The position numbers and the translations under genes are program-made. DNA of 59,772 nucleotides from Mustelus asterias (Eukaryota): NCBI RefSeq assembly GCF_964213995.1, contig NW_027592240.1:1-59772 (forward strand). Direction: 5' to 3'. How positions within the stretch are numbered: position 1 is the stretch's first letter; the number at the start of each line of letters is the position of its first letter. The notes below the pieces were generated by a model. The model saw only the letters and a list, made by a program, of their open reading frames with translations. It searched no databases and was not told where the DNA came from. This document shows positions 12,291-24,482 of the stretch, piece by piece.

Positions 12291-13084
12291 TTCAGTGAAT
12301 GTGTTAAAAGTCCAAATAATCTCCTTTCTTCATTGTTTAAAATGGGAATGGAGCTGAATGTAATGCTGAGACTGGCAGCAATCTGTGTGGTTGTTCTTGA
12401 TGCTGTCAGAGTGAGTTCACCCTCACAGGAAGGAAGACTGTTCACTGTGATAACATCAAACTGACACCGGCTGTTTCATTCTCAGGTAACACAACTTCCT
12501 GTTTCTCTGCTGCCGGTTCCAAACCTCACATCTCACTTCTGAGCAGAAAATAAATCCAGGGACAACAATCTGGTGAGAACATCTGTCAATGCGGCCGATA
12601 TCTGTCCACAGAGTCAGGGCAGAGTCACACAGGTCACATTGTGGTGACATTTACAAATGAGCCTGTTATTTCTGTTCAGAGTTTCCATTCGCAGATATAA
12701 CCAGCTGTGTCTGTGGATCAGTTACTGAGTTCCCTCTGCTCCCCATAGCTGGGAACTGATAGCCTGCTCCCTTATATACAGAGCATTCTCTCTGTATTGC
12801 TTGTTTCCTCTGTTTCTCAGCTTTTATCTTTGACCGTCTCATCTTTCTGCTTTTTAAAATCTTTCTCAATTTTTCTCTCAGTCTTTCTGTCTCTTCTTTC
12901 CTCTGTATCTTTCTCAGGCTTTGTGTGTTCCTATTTGATCAAGATGTTCAAAATCATGAAGAGTTTCTGATTGATTATAGAGGGAAAAACAGGGAGAGAA
13001 GCAGAAAAACCCGGCAGGTCCGGCGGCATCTGTTCAGAGAGAAACAGTTAACATTTTGAGTCCATATAATTCTTCAGGGCAGGA

Positions 13085-13460
13085 AAAACATGGGTTATCC
13101 ATCTTAGATTGGGGAATGTGATGGGGCGATTTAATAGAGATGTTTAAAATGACAAATGATTTATGATAGTGTCAATGGAGAGGAATTATCTCCCAGGAGC
13201 ACGAGGGTCTGTCGATGGAGAGAATCGATTTCCTCGGTGCAGGAGGGTCTGTAAGCAGAGGATACAGAGATTTAATATAATTGACAACGGAACTGGAGGG
13301 GGTGATGTGGAGAATTTTTTACACAATAACTTGATATGATCTGGAATGCACAAACTGACAGGTGCCAGAAGCAGGTTTAATAGTAACTTTCAAAGGGAAT
13401 TGGATAAATACTTGCAGAAGGTAAATTGGCAGAGTTATGGTGAATGGGATTAATTGGACA
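13085..13460 (+). mobile_element. Old CR1 3' fragment
   Basis: gggcgatttaatagagatgtttaaaat...ctggaatgca...ttcaaagggaattggataaatacttg resembles a CR1 3' end. Confidence 0.6.
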
Positions 13461-14235
13461 GTTCACTCATCTTGGTGACATTCTGAATGTTTCTCTCCTG
13501 AGGTTTTAATATTTGATCTTTTCAGTCACAATGTATCTCAAACAGAAGATTTAAACATTGGGTTTGATGAGCTGTCCGATCTGTTTCCTGTGTGTAACTT
13601 GAGAACTGCAGATAGCCATCAGAAGGAACTGATTATTTTCAGTTCCTCGAACAGATACACCTCAGATATCAGAAATCCCTGGAGTTCCCCATGTCCTCAT
13701 TATTCTCGCCTCGAGTATAACAGCTCTCAGTCCGGCCGAGTCAGTCACACGTCTCTGTCGTGATGTTTCCACTTCTATTTTATCACTCACCTCCCAATGA
13801 CACACTGACATAGACACCTTAAAATATCATTGCTCCTTTACAGCTTGTCCTCCTATCATAATCGAATGTTTGTTGGGTGTCGTCTCCCTTAATGCCAGAT
13901 TACCTGCAGTTAAAATGACCTCAGAGACACTGGAACCGACCTTTGTGATTGTTATTATACTAGATTCCAATCAGCCCCAGGAGCTGCAGTTGTAAAATAC
14001 AGCAGAATTGGAATAACAGACAGGTTATTGTCTGATACTGACAGTGGCAGAGTAACACACACTGGAATCTAAATACATTATATCAATAGACCACGACTCA
14101 CTCACACCATCAAATAAAGCCTAAACTTTGGTTATGGTGCACTAGATACTGACTGTATTACCATTACATTGGATCAAATGCTGTGTTCACTAACATACTG
14201 CAACGTGACTCTTATTATTTGAACAAACATTGTAT

Positions 14236-14597
14236 TTGTTACACTCAGAGTAAGTCAGTGCTTTGCTGTGTTGTCTCTGTGCTCCATCCCCACTCTGATT
14301 GTATTGGAGCCTGTGTGTGTCATTGTTACACTCAGAGTAAGTCAGTGCTTTGCTGTGTTGTCTCTGTGCTCCATCCCCACTCTGATTGTATTGGAGCCTG
14401 TGTGTGTCATTGTTACACTCAGAGTAAGTCAGTGCTTTGCTGTGTTGTCTCTGTGCTCCATCCCCACTCTGATTGTATTGGAGCCTGTGTGTGTCATTGT
14501 TACACTCAGAGTAAGTCAGTGCTTTGCTGTGTTGTCTCTGTGCTCCATCCCCACTCTGATTGTATTGGAGTCTGTGTGTGTCATTGTTACACTCAGA
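14236..14597. repeat. 87-bp minisatellite, ~4.2 near-identical copies
   Basis: Units start at 14236, 14323, 14410, 14497 and 14584. Confidence 0.95.
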
Positions 14598-14631
14598 CTC
14601 TGTCACTGTGATTATTGGACAAACAGCAAGT

Positions 14632-15120
14632 TACCGTCACAATGTCTGGCTGATTGACGGCAGCGCGGACCAATGGGAAGAGGGGGCGGGGCTGGATGAC
14701 CCATCTGGAGTAGTCGGTCCTCCAACCAATAGGAGCCAAAGAGGGGCGGGGCCAGCTTTGACTCGAGCACGCGCAGTGTGAGTAATGGCGATGGAAAGCG
14801 GATGTTTTCGGCTCGGAAATCTGTTCGAGGTGATTGGCGGTACGGAGAGAGCAATGGATCGCCCAGGTGGGTGAAAACGCTGCGTAACCATGTTGTGTAA
14901 GGCGCAAACCGCGGAAGAGAGCTTCCCGGACCCAGTTTGGACCGAGCGGGGCTGTAGCTCCTCATGTTCGTCCCGGGTTAACGTTCGCCATCTTTATTGG
15001 GGGCAATATGCAGCAGTGCGCACGTGCGGCCGCCATGTTTGTCGAGGGCAATATTGTCAATCAGTGGGAGGCGCTTGTTCCCCAGTGTTCAGAATGGAGA
15101 CAACTTGTCCATCAAACTGC
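14632..15120 (+). promoter_or_regulatory. CpG-island promoter / exon 1, probably of zinc-finger gene 19476
   Basis: CCAAT and GGGGCGGGG boxes; candidate donor CAG|GTGGGT at ~14866; YY1 CGCCATCTTT at ~14986; inverted paralog of 22160-22640. Confidence 0.7.
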
Positions 15121-15189
15121 ATCAACCCTTTGAGTCCCAATGTCTTATTGATGAGGCAGAGCGGTGACAGAGAAGGAAAAAGAAAGGGA

Positions 15190-15292
15190 AATAAAAACAG
15201 TAAATGCTGGAAAATCTCAGCAGATCTGACAGCATCTGTGGAGAGAGAATAGAACCAACGTTTCGAGTCTGGATGACCCATAGTCAGAGCTT
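15190..15292 (-). mobile_element. Penelope-like terminal repeat with degenerate hammerhead motif
   Basis: Reverse strand ctctgactatgggtcatccagactcgaaacgttgg matches 58161-58198. Confidence 0.65.
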
Positions 15293-15324
15293 GTACACGT
15301 GTAAACAGAGCATGTAAATTTTGA

Positions 15325-15500
15325 CACCTCCATGTACTCTTGTACACCTCTATCAATCTACTCTGCTCCAAGGAGAACAACCCCAAGTTATCCAGCCTAA
15401 CATTGTAACTATAATTCCTCATCTCTGGAACCATTTTGATAAATCTCCTCTGCACCCTGTCAAGGAGCCTCACATCCTCCATAATGTGTGGTGATCACTG
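15325..15500 (-). mobile_element. CR1 3' fragment
   Basis: LLDRVQRRFIKMVPEMRNYSYNVRLDNLGLFSLE. Confidence 0.8.
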
Positions 15501-15699
15501 GTTTGCACAGACCCAGGTATTCTTACAATTACTTACAATTGCACAGTGACATCACCCCCACTCCCCGGGGATTTCCTCAACTGGGAGATTTTTCTCTGAT
15601 GCCAATGCTTCTGATATCTTTCCAGCTGCAGGCTCCAGCAGGAGATTTTAATATTAAAATCAGTTAAATTGTTTCAGAGGTGAGTGTTTGTGACCATTC

Positions 15700-17660
15700 A
15701 CAGGGGCGGGTTTGCGTCATAAACCAGCTGCTCGCCTCCATGCTGTGGTACCGGCTGGTCCCTTTGACCCCTCCCCCTGGCTTTGTCGCCGATATCCAGA
15801 GTACCCTCCTGCGGTTCTTCTGGGACAATCGACTGCACTGGGTCCCTGCTGCGGTTCTGCATCTCCCGCTTGAGGAGGGCGGACAAGGTCTGGTGTGCCT
15901 CCGCACTCAGATAGCGACCTTCCGCCTCCAGGCTCTGCTGAGGTACCTTTACGTTGAGCCCCCTCCACAATGGTGTGCCATGGCGACATATTTCTTCCGC
16001 CAGTGGCACGGCCTCAATTATGACGTGCAGCTCCTGCATATCGAATTGGGGCATGCTTCGACCGCCCTGCAGGAGTTGCCCATCTTTTACCAGGACCTCC
16101 TCACTGTCTGGAACACAGTCGCCTCGTGACGCAGCTCCCCCCCGTCAGGAGTAGCGGCTCTCGTGCGAGAGCCGCTGCTCAGGAATCCGCTCCTCCAGCC
16201 GTATAACTTCAGGTGGCTGGCGGAGAGGAGGGCTGTGGACGCCAGGGTGACCAGAATCGGGGATGTGCTCGATGGCGGAGGAGCGGGCTGGATGAGTCCC
16301 CGCGTGCTGGCTGAGCGCGCGGGGACGACCGTCCGGCGCGCGGCCAAAGCCATCCTAGACCTTAGGACGGTCGTGCTCGGCCCCGAAACTGCACGCAAAC
16401 TTGAGACGGCGCAGGCGTGCGGTGGGATCCCGCCCGAGCGTTCCCCTGTTCAGACGGAATTCCACATTGGCCCAAAACCTCAGCCCCCTCCCCTGGGTGA
16501 GGTGCCCCACAGCCTGAGCCGCCTCGCGGAAATGTCCTCCGTGCCTTTTTCTACCACGCGGAGGCGTTTCCTGTGCGGGCTGCTGCTGCACACCTTCCAC
16601 TACCGCCTCCTCGCCTGTCGCCTGGATACACCTTGGCGGGCCTTGTTGCCGCCGGGCGGCGGAGGTCCCCGCTGGAGGTCCCTCTACGGAGGGATCTCCC
16701 CCAGTTACGATGGGGACCTGGGGTGGAGGGTGATGCATGCAGCAGTTCATAGAAATCATAGAAATCCTACAGTGCAGAAGGAGGCCATTCGGCCCATCGA
16801 GTCTGCACTGACCACAATCCCACCCAGGCCCGACCCCCACATATTTTACCCGCTAATCCCAGGACTCTAAGGGGCAATTTTTTTAACCTGGCCAATCAAC
16901 CTAACCCGCACATCTTTGGACTGTGGGAAGAAACCGGAGCACCCGGAGGAAACCCACGCAGACACGAGGAGAATGTGCAAACTCCACACAGACAGTGACC
17001 CGAGCCGGGAATCGAACCCGGGACCCTGGAGCTGTGAAGCAGCAGTGCTAACCACTGTGCTACCGTGCCGCCCATAGTTCCGCACAACCGTAGGATTCAC
17101 TGGTTCACGGGCTCCGAAGACTGCCCTTTCTGTGGCCTTGTGGAGTCCTTGGATCATGTCTATATTTTGTGTCTTAGGCTGCACTCCCTTTTTGTTTTCT
17201 TAAAGAACCTTTTATTGATGTTTTGTTTGCACTTCAGTCCCACGCTCCTGATATACGGACACCCGGTGCGGAGAGGGGATGGTCGGGATGGCGACCTCCT
17301 CGTGAACCTGCTCCTGGGCCTGGCAAAACGCGCCATTTACCGGTCCAGGCAGCGGGCGATCGAGGGGGCCGTCCATCCTGACTGTCTTCCCCTCTACCGC
17401 GGCTACGTTCGCGGCCGGGTGTCCCTGGAGAGGAAGCATGCGGTGTCCACGGGCGCGGTTGACGCCTTCCGTGCCCATTGGGCACCGCAAGGGTTGGGGT
17501 GCGTTATTGACCCTGATAATCACATTATGATTTGATGTTTTTAAGTTTCCTTTGTACTTTGATTTTTGTTCGGGCTGTTCCCCCCCTCCTTTTGGGGAGC
17601 TGCCCCTTTTACTTTGTCCTGATTTAACTTGAGTTTGTTTGTTTGGTTTGCCCTTAAAAG
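15700..17660 (+). mobile_element. Tx1-clade (L1-related) LINE, 3' part of ORF2 plus 3'UTR, interrupted by HE1
   Basis: GRVCVINQLLASMLWY...LPLEEGGQGL; DLGWRVMHAAV/PHN...CPFCGLVESLDHVYILC zinc knuckle; premature stop at 16127-16129; T-rich 3'UTR. Confidence 0.85.
16748..17073 (-). mobile_element. HE1 SINE, young
   Basis: Near full-length copy almost identical to 55267-55610; splits the Tx1 motif HAAV|PHN; short agttc duplication. Confidence 0.95.
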
Positions 17661-17911
17661 AGGCCAACATCTGTGAGTAAAACACTTTCTTTTATCCCCC
17701 TTTCCATTTCTTTTCTCATTCTGGGATTCAATTTATAACTTCCAGTTCACCACTCGCTGCCTAAATAAAAGTTCTCCTCACATTCTTCATGAATCTGTAA
17801 CCAGGTCATGCAGTGTATTACACACATCATCAGGCTGCTCATTTATGTCCAAATGTAAAACTTTCACGTGGCTGTGAGATGGAAGATTTTCAGCTCTCTG
17901 TGTCCAGGAAA

Positions 17912-18435
17912 GGATGATGTGGAGATGCCAGCGTTGGACTGGGGTAAACACAGTAAGAAGTCTCACAACACCAGGTTAAAGTCCTACAAGTTTATTTGGT
18001 AGCAAACACCACTAGCTTTCGAAGCGCTGCTCCTTCGTCAGGTGAGTGGAAGTTGTGTTCACAAACAGGGCATATATAGACACAAACTCAATTTACAAAA
18101 TAAATATTTACATGAACCCCCACAACTTGCCTGGGCTTGCAAAATCTCACTAACTGTCCTGGCTGGAGACAATACACATCTCTTTAACCTGTGCTTCACC
18201 CTCTCTCCACTCACATTGTCTGTTCCTTTAAGACTTGATTACCTGTAAAGACTCGCATTCCAACCATTATCTTGTAAATTGAGTTTGTGTCTCTGTGCCC
18301 TGTTTGTGAACACAACTCCCACTCACCTTTGTGCCTCACTCACCTGATGAAGGAGCAGCGCTCCGAAAGCTCGTGGCGTTTGCGACCAAATAAACCTGTT
18401 GGATTTTAACCTGGTGTTATGAGACTTCTTACTGT
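17912..18435. mobile_element. Penelope-like element terminus forming an inverted repeat
   Basis: ~17950-18100 is the reverse complement of ~18270-18435; flanked by tgtccaggaaa at 17901 and 18433. Confidence 0.75.
18335..18378 (+). ncRNA. Minimal hammerhead ribozyme motif
   Basis: CUGAUGA (18344) - A GGAGC agc GCUCC - GAAA - GCUC - GUGG; antisense twin with CUGACGA at ~18008-18049. Confidence 0.65.
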
Positions 18436-18539
18436 CCAGGAAAAGAAGCAGTGAGCATGGATCTGTCAATCATGTCAATTATATATTTTCAGTCATTCAT
18501 CTCGTGCTTATTAGAGTCATTGGTCTTTGGATTTGTCTT

Positions 18540-18880
18540 CCACAGGGATCAGTGGAAGCTGAGGGTTATTGAATATATTCGAGGATGAGTTAGACAGATT
18601 TTACATTGATAAAGGAGTCAAGCATTATGGAGAACAGGTGGGAAAATTGAGTGAAAGTTAAGATGAGAAGGGATTTCCTCACTCAAGGATGTGGTGAAAT
18701 GTTTGAATTCTGCACTCCAGAGGACTGTGGAGCCTCAGCCATCAAGTATTTTCAAGAGAGAGATTGATAACTTTTGAGGCATTGAGCAACCTGGGGGATA
18801 GTGCGAGAAATAGTGCTGAGGTAGATCAGCTAATTCTCAATCGATGGGCTGAATGGCCAACTGCAGCTCCTGTTTCTTAT
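18540..18880 (+). mobile_element. CR1 3' fragments
   Basis: CR1-like 3'UTR ending gggctgaatggcc...ctcctgtttcttatg. Confidence 0.6.
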
Positions 18881-19475
18881 GATTTGTGTGTGGTGGACAG
18901 GAAGCAGTGAGCATGGATCTGTCAATCAGCCTCAATCAGCACCTTCAGGAGAATTGGGAGGGTGAATATTAGATACAGCAGATTGAGAATGGAGGGAGAG
19001 TGTGTGGGATGGAGATTTATAGCTTTTGAGGAATGAGAGAGGAAAGAATGTTCCATCGAAACTAAAATTGTCTGTTCTGAATTTCTATCCTGTCCTGACA
19101 CTGATGACTTTTGTAAACTCGTTTTACAGGACATTGAAAGAGGAATCACAGGCTGAAATCTCAAACGTCACGTCTAGATCTGACAGAGTCATATTCCTTG
19201 GGAGCTGAATATCATCGGACTTTGAATCCAGAAGGAGAAATGTTTGTCCAGTCTGTCAATTTGAAAAAATTTCAAACATCAGTGTGAAAAACACCAACAC
19301 ACTGCCACACTCGAGTGAGAGTGTTCCAATGCACTGACTAAAGAGCTTTAACCAGTTACACAGCCTGAATAAATATCACACCATTCACAGCAGGGAGCGA
19401 CCGTAGTCGTGTTCTGTGTGTGGACAAGGCTTCAACTGATTGTCCACCCAAGAGAGAGGCAAGGACACGTGCACC

Positions 19476-20234
19476 ATGGAGAAACCATGGAAATGTGCGG
19501 ACTGTGGGAAGAGATACAAAGTCCCATCTCTGCTGGAAGCTCATCGGCGCAGCCACACTGGGGAGAGGCCATTCACCTGCTCTCAGTGTGGGAAGGGATT
19601 CACTCTATTATCCATCCTGCAGAAACACCAGCGAGTTCACACTGGAGAGAGGCCATTCACCTGCTCTCAGTGTGGGGAGGGATTCACTCAGCTATCCAGC
19701 CTGCGGACACACGAGCGAGTTCACACTGGAGAGAGGCCATTCACCTGCTCTCAGTGTGGGGAGGGATTCACTCAGCTATCCAGCCTGCGGACACACGAGC
19801 GAGTTCACACTGGGGAGAGGCTGTTCACTTGCTCTCAGTGTGGGAAGGGATTCTCTCGGTTATTCTGCCTGCGGACACACCAGCGAGTTCACACTGGGGA
19901 GAGGCCGTTCACTTGCTCTCAGTGTGGGAAGGGATTCAGTCGATTATCCCACCTGCAGACACACCAGCGAGTTCACACTGGGGAGAGGCCGTTCACCTGC
20001 TCTCAGTGTGGGAAGCGGTTCAGTGATTCATCCAGCCAGCAGAGACACCAACGAGTTCACACTGGGGAGAAACCGTTCACTTGCTCTGTGTGTGGAAAGG
20101 GATTCTCTCGGTTATCCAGCCTGCAGACACATCAGGGAATTCACACTGGGGAGAGGCCGTTCAGCTGCTCTGTGTGTGAGAAGAGATTCAGTCTTTCATC
20201 CCAGCTGTTGAGACACCAGCGAATTCACGAGTGA
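19476..20234 (+). CDS. Tandem C2H2 zinc-finger protein, 9 fingers
   Basis: caccATG MEKPWKC; intact HTGERPF linkers; acceptor ttttacag at 19129. Confidence 0.92.
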   Translation: MEKPWKCADCGKRYKVPSLLEAHRRSHTGERPFTCSQCGKGFTLLSILQKHQRVHTGERPFTCSQCGEGFTQLSSLRTHERVHTGERPFTCSQCGEGFTQLSSLRTHERVHTGERLFTCSQCGKGFSRLFCLRTHQRVHTGERPFTCSQCGKGFSRLSHLQTHQRVHTGERPFTCSQCGKRFSDSSSQQRHQRVHTGEKPFTCSVCGKGFSRLSSLQTHQGIHTGERPFSCSVCEKRFSLSSQLLRHQRIHE

Positions 20235-20499
20235 TTCCAGGTGTTGGATTCTGCTGTTATTGTTTCTGCTCTCAATTACATCCAGGACTGTATTTTGTTC
20301 ATTCTCACAGTTGGTCAATGGGGAGGGTCGGAGGGTTTCTTTCTGCTGGACTGGCCGGTCTCATAACTTTGCCCCCAGTGGGCTGATGCTCTTTGAGCCT
20401 TGTTGCGAATACCTGGTTTCAGATTTCACAAGGATCACAGAGTGACAGGGTGTGAGGAAGTTCAGAGATATTTAGTCAGCATTTCTGTTTGAAACCTCC

Positions 20500-20790
20500 C
20501 AAATGCCCATCCAATTTCCTTTGTAATTGTTTATTGTCTCCACTTCCTCCACCCTCGTAGGCAGACGAGTTCCAGGTCATTACCATTCGCTGCATCAAAA
20601 TATTCTTCCTCACATCCCCCCCTGCATCTCTGACCCAAAACCATAAATCTGTGTCCCCCTCGTCCTTGTCCCATCAGCTAATGGGAACAGCTTTTCTTTG
20701 TCCACCTTATCTAACCCTGTCAGAATCTTGTCCACCTCTATCAAATCTCCCCTCAACCTCCTTTCCTCCATGGGGAACAACCCCAGCCTG
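20500..20790 (-). mobile_element. CR1 3' fragment
   Basis: LGLFPMEERRLRGDLIEVDKILTGLDKVD. Confidence 0.8.
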
Positions 20791-21659
20791 ACATCGACAA
20801 TAAAGAACAAACTAACAGAATATGTTAATACCTGAAATCAAATGGGAATGTTTAATTTCTGTTTTAAAGATATTGTGAATATATTGTCCTGGACAATAAA
20901 GGAATTGGAATAACTCACCTTGGGTGCAGTTAATGAAATATATCACCTGGGAACCCACTTACATTCTAGTGAAAGTGTGGAATGTGTAGCTGGAAATCCC
21001 TCCCTAACAGCACTGTGGGTGTACTCACATCTCAGGCATTGCAGCAGTTCAGGAAGGCAGTGTTGGGGTTGACCACGGCCGAGGCAGCTACATACAGCCA
21101 CATATTCTGTTATAATTGAAGGACAGCAGATTGAATGTGAGGCATTATGGGACTGGACTATCTTGACCACATTCCTGTGACTGCTCAGTTTCTGCAATCA
21201 CGGACCATTAAAGCTGCTTAGCAGGGTCCTGACAGAGGATCTGGGGAGAATATTTACTCAGAATGAGTGAGAATTAAACTTATTCCAGGACCGGCTGGTG
21301 TTCAGTGTCCGAGATACCTGAATCCACAAAGAGGGGTCTGACCAATCAACAAACAGTGATAGGTCGTTGGTTAAGAAGTTAAGAAGCATTTTCAGGCATT
21401 GTTTAAATTGTTTTATCACAAATTTGTGATGAGAACTGTGAGGGACTTGTGACCTGATAGTCACTGAAGTGACGGTATACTCCAAATAGCACTGGACTGA
21501 AAACCAGACCTCTGAGAATAGATTTTAATGAATGGTTATAATCCTACCCAAGCATGGCCAGTGAAAAATCAGAGCTCGAGTGATCAAGAATAATAATGTG
21601 ATAAGGTGCGAAGGAATAAGGTCTCACCGTGTAAAAATCAATTTGGGATGACATTTGTA

Positions 21660-21830
21660 TCACATAGGAGTCAATGAATGGAATACATTGGGTATTGCAC
21701 ATCCCCGAACCTGGCCTGATTGAACACATGAATGGGCTATTGAAACAACAAATCAAGCTTCTGACCAGTGACCACACACTCAAAGAGTGGCACAGGCCTT
21801 ACATAATTTGAATAATAGCCACAAAAAGGA
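21660..21830 (+). mobile_element. Degenerate retroviral (ERV-L-like) integrase remnant
   Basis: Translates GIHWVLHIPEPGLIEHMNGLLKQQIKLL...QALHNLNN, resembling the class III ERV integrase motif GLIERxNGLLK. Confidence 0.5.
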
Positions 21831-21837
21831 GGGGTAT

Positions 21838-22045
21838 CACCGTGACACAGTGGTTAGCACTGCTGCCTCACAGCATCAGGGACCTGGATTTGACTCCTGG
21901 CTTGTGTCACTGTTTGTGTGGAGTTTGCACATTCTCCCCGTGCCTGCGTGGGTTTCGTCCAAGTGCTCCGGTTTCCTTCCACACTCCAAAGATGCGGGTT
22001 AGGTTGATTGGCCGTGATAAATTGCCCTTCAGTGTCAGGGTGTTA
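21838..22045 (+). mobile_element. HE1-type SINE, partial
   Basis: tRNA-like head plus V-core. Confidence 0.85.
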
Positions 22046-22159
22046 TAGGTTATGGGATCCGGAGAGCAGGATTTGCAACCTTTCCTTGTTATGTTGCCAC
22101 TTTGCCTGATCAATTAAACATCTGGCTCTGTGTAAAACAGGGTCAGATTACCCGGGTCA

Positions 22160-22900
22160 GAGGTTTGATGGACAAGTTGGCTCCATTCTGAACAATGGGG
22201 AACAAGCTCCTCCCACTCATTGACACCTTTGCCCCTTACAAAGATGGCGGACGGCATGAGCCCTGCTGCTCATTGCCCCCAATAAAGATGGCGGTCGTTA
22301 ACCCGAGCCGAATACTGGACTTTGCAGCCCCTCTCGGCGCGAAACATAAAATCCTTTTTTGGGGTTGGGCCTGAACAACATGTTTACAAAGCTCTTCACC
22401 CACCCACCAGATCCACTGTTCCAACGTTCCGCAATTTTCCTTTTACCGTTTGTGGATTCGATGAAAAACCGTCCGTCCGTCGCCATTACTGCGCTACTGC
22501 GCATGCTTAAGATCCCGCCCTTCATTCACTCCGATTGGTTGGAGGACCAGCCGCTCCCGCTCGGTCCTCCAGCCCCGCCCTCTTTCCCTATTGGTCTGGA
22601 GCTGCCGTCAATCAGTCCCCGGGCATTGTGACGCTGAGCATGCGCAGTGCGGTTCATGTCCCAGGGACAGGCGCTTGTTTGTCTGATCGTCAGGCGGGAA
22701 GGAGGCGGATAAGCGGAGGCATGCGGTGGGTGGGAGGGGAGGCTCCACACATCCAGTGGAGGCTTCAACACCCCCCAATAAGGAACTAGCGGCACCGCCT
22801 CAACACCCAACACAACGGCAGCTGCAGCGCTTCCTCCCGGGGCCAGGACCCAGTGGACAAATGTGGCTTCAGGAAGGAAATGCAGCAATGGGTTTGTGAA
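22160..22900. promoter_or_regulatory. Bidirectional-looking CpG-island promoter
   Basis: Two YY1 AAGATGGCGG sites (~22241, ~22285), NRF1 sites (~22498, ~22637), CCAAT and GC boxes; right arm matches 8760-8930, left arm is the reverse complement of 14985-15120. Confidence 0.7.
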
Positions 22901-23430
22901 TGAGAATCATCTTTAACTCACTTTACTGACCCTGGAGCAGGAGGAGAGAATGGGGGGAATTTCTATCCTGCACTCACACTGATGGATTTTGGAACTTCCT
23001 TTTACAGGGAGTTCAAAGGGGAGGATTTACACACAGAAAACTGAAATCTAACAAGACATCAAGATCTGAGAGAGTCACTTGATCAAGCAGAACCTGGATA
23101 TTACGGACCCTTGAGTGGAACCATTCAGCTCTGGGTCATTCCTATTCTCCATTGGGGTGCAGTACACCAGTGATCCAGAGGACCAGAATAATGTTCCAGG
23201 GATAATGGTTAAAAACATACCAGGATAGCTGGTGGAATTTAAATTCAGTTAATAATCTGGAATTCAATGCGAGTCTCAGTATTGGTAATTGTGAAGCCAT
23301 TGTGATGAGTTGAGGGAAAGTGCGTGGAATTGGAATTTGCAGCTTTGGGAAACAAGAGAGAAATAAGTATTCCCCAGAAACTAGAATTATCTGTTCTGAA
23401 TTGGACTGACCTGTATGAACTGGATTTACA

Positions 23431-24030
23431 GGGTTACAAGTAGAGGATCGACAGACAGGAAACTCAAATCAAGCATCACTTCAAGATGTGACAATGACTC
23501 AATTCATCAGGATCTGAATACCATCGGCTTCTGAATGTGGGAGGAGAAATGTTTGTGTGTTCTGTCTGTGGGGGAAAAAAATCAAACATCAGTGTAACTG
23601 GAAAAGCACCAAGCTCTCTTCCCCCCCCCCCCCCCCCCCCCTCACCACCACCACCACCACCACACACACTCACACACACACAGTGTTCCAGTGCAGGGAC
23701 TGTGGGAATTGTGTGGAAATTCATCGACGCACTCACACTGGGGAAAGACTGTTCACCTGCACCATGTGTGGGATGGGATTTTCTCATTTATCCAATCTGT
23801 AGACACCAGCGGAGTCACACTGATGTGAGATCTTTAAATTTTGTAACTATGAGAATAGCTTTGAAAGCAACAATATTCTGCAGGAACACCAGTGCACTCA
23901 TGCTGGAGTGAAGCCATTCACTTGCCCTATGTGTGGGAAAAGATTCATTCATTAACCAGTGAGTTCTTAATGGTGAGGGACCATTCACGTGCCCTGTACA
24001 TGGGAAAGGGTGTACTCAGTCATCTCATGT
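23431..24030 (+). pseudogene. Degenerate zinc-finger exon
   Basis: Acceptor cassette plus [27 protein letters not shown] with stops; poly-C and (CAC)n insertion at 23619-23680. Confidence 0.75.
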
Positions 24031-24482
24031 TTAAAATTTAAAGTTTATCTATTAGTCACAAGTAAGGATTACATTAACATTGCAATGGAGTTACTGTGAA
24101 ATCTGAGACACCAGTTAGATCACGGGTGACTGTAGATATTTTACTGGGGATTAGAAGGAAAGGATTTGCAGACAGGAAATTATCGGCTGATTTTGCAGTC
24201 ATTTAATTCATCAGGACTTGAATTTGAATGTGGAAGGAGAGATGTTTGTTCTGTCTGTTGGAAAAGATTTCAAACATCAGTGTGACTGGAAAAGTACCGA
24301 GACACACACACACCCGAGTGAGAGTGTTCCAGTGAACTGACTGTGGAAAGAGGTTTAACCACTTACACAGCCTGAAAAAACATCACATCATTCGCAGCGA
24401 GGAGAACCCATACACGTGTTCTGTGTGTGGATGAGGCTTCAACTGATTATCCAACCTGGAGAGACACAAGGACACCTGCACC

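Noticed and set aside
14183-14657. Cys-rich repetitive ORFs
   Set aside because: Artefact of the 87-bp repeat; no ATG or splice support
19409-20211. Long overlapping alternate-frame ORFs over zinc-finger genes
   Set aside because: Typical shadow frames of C2H2 arrays (SSHWGEA, TLGRG repeats)
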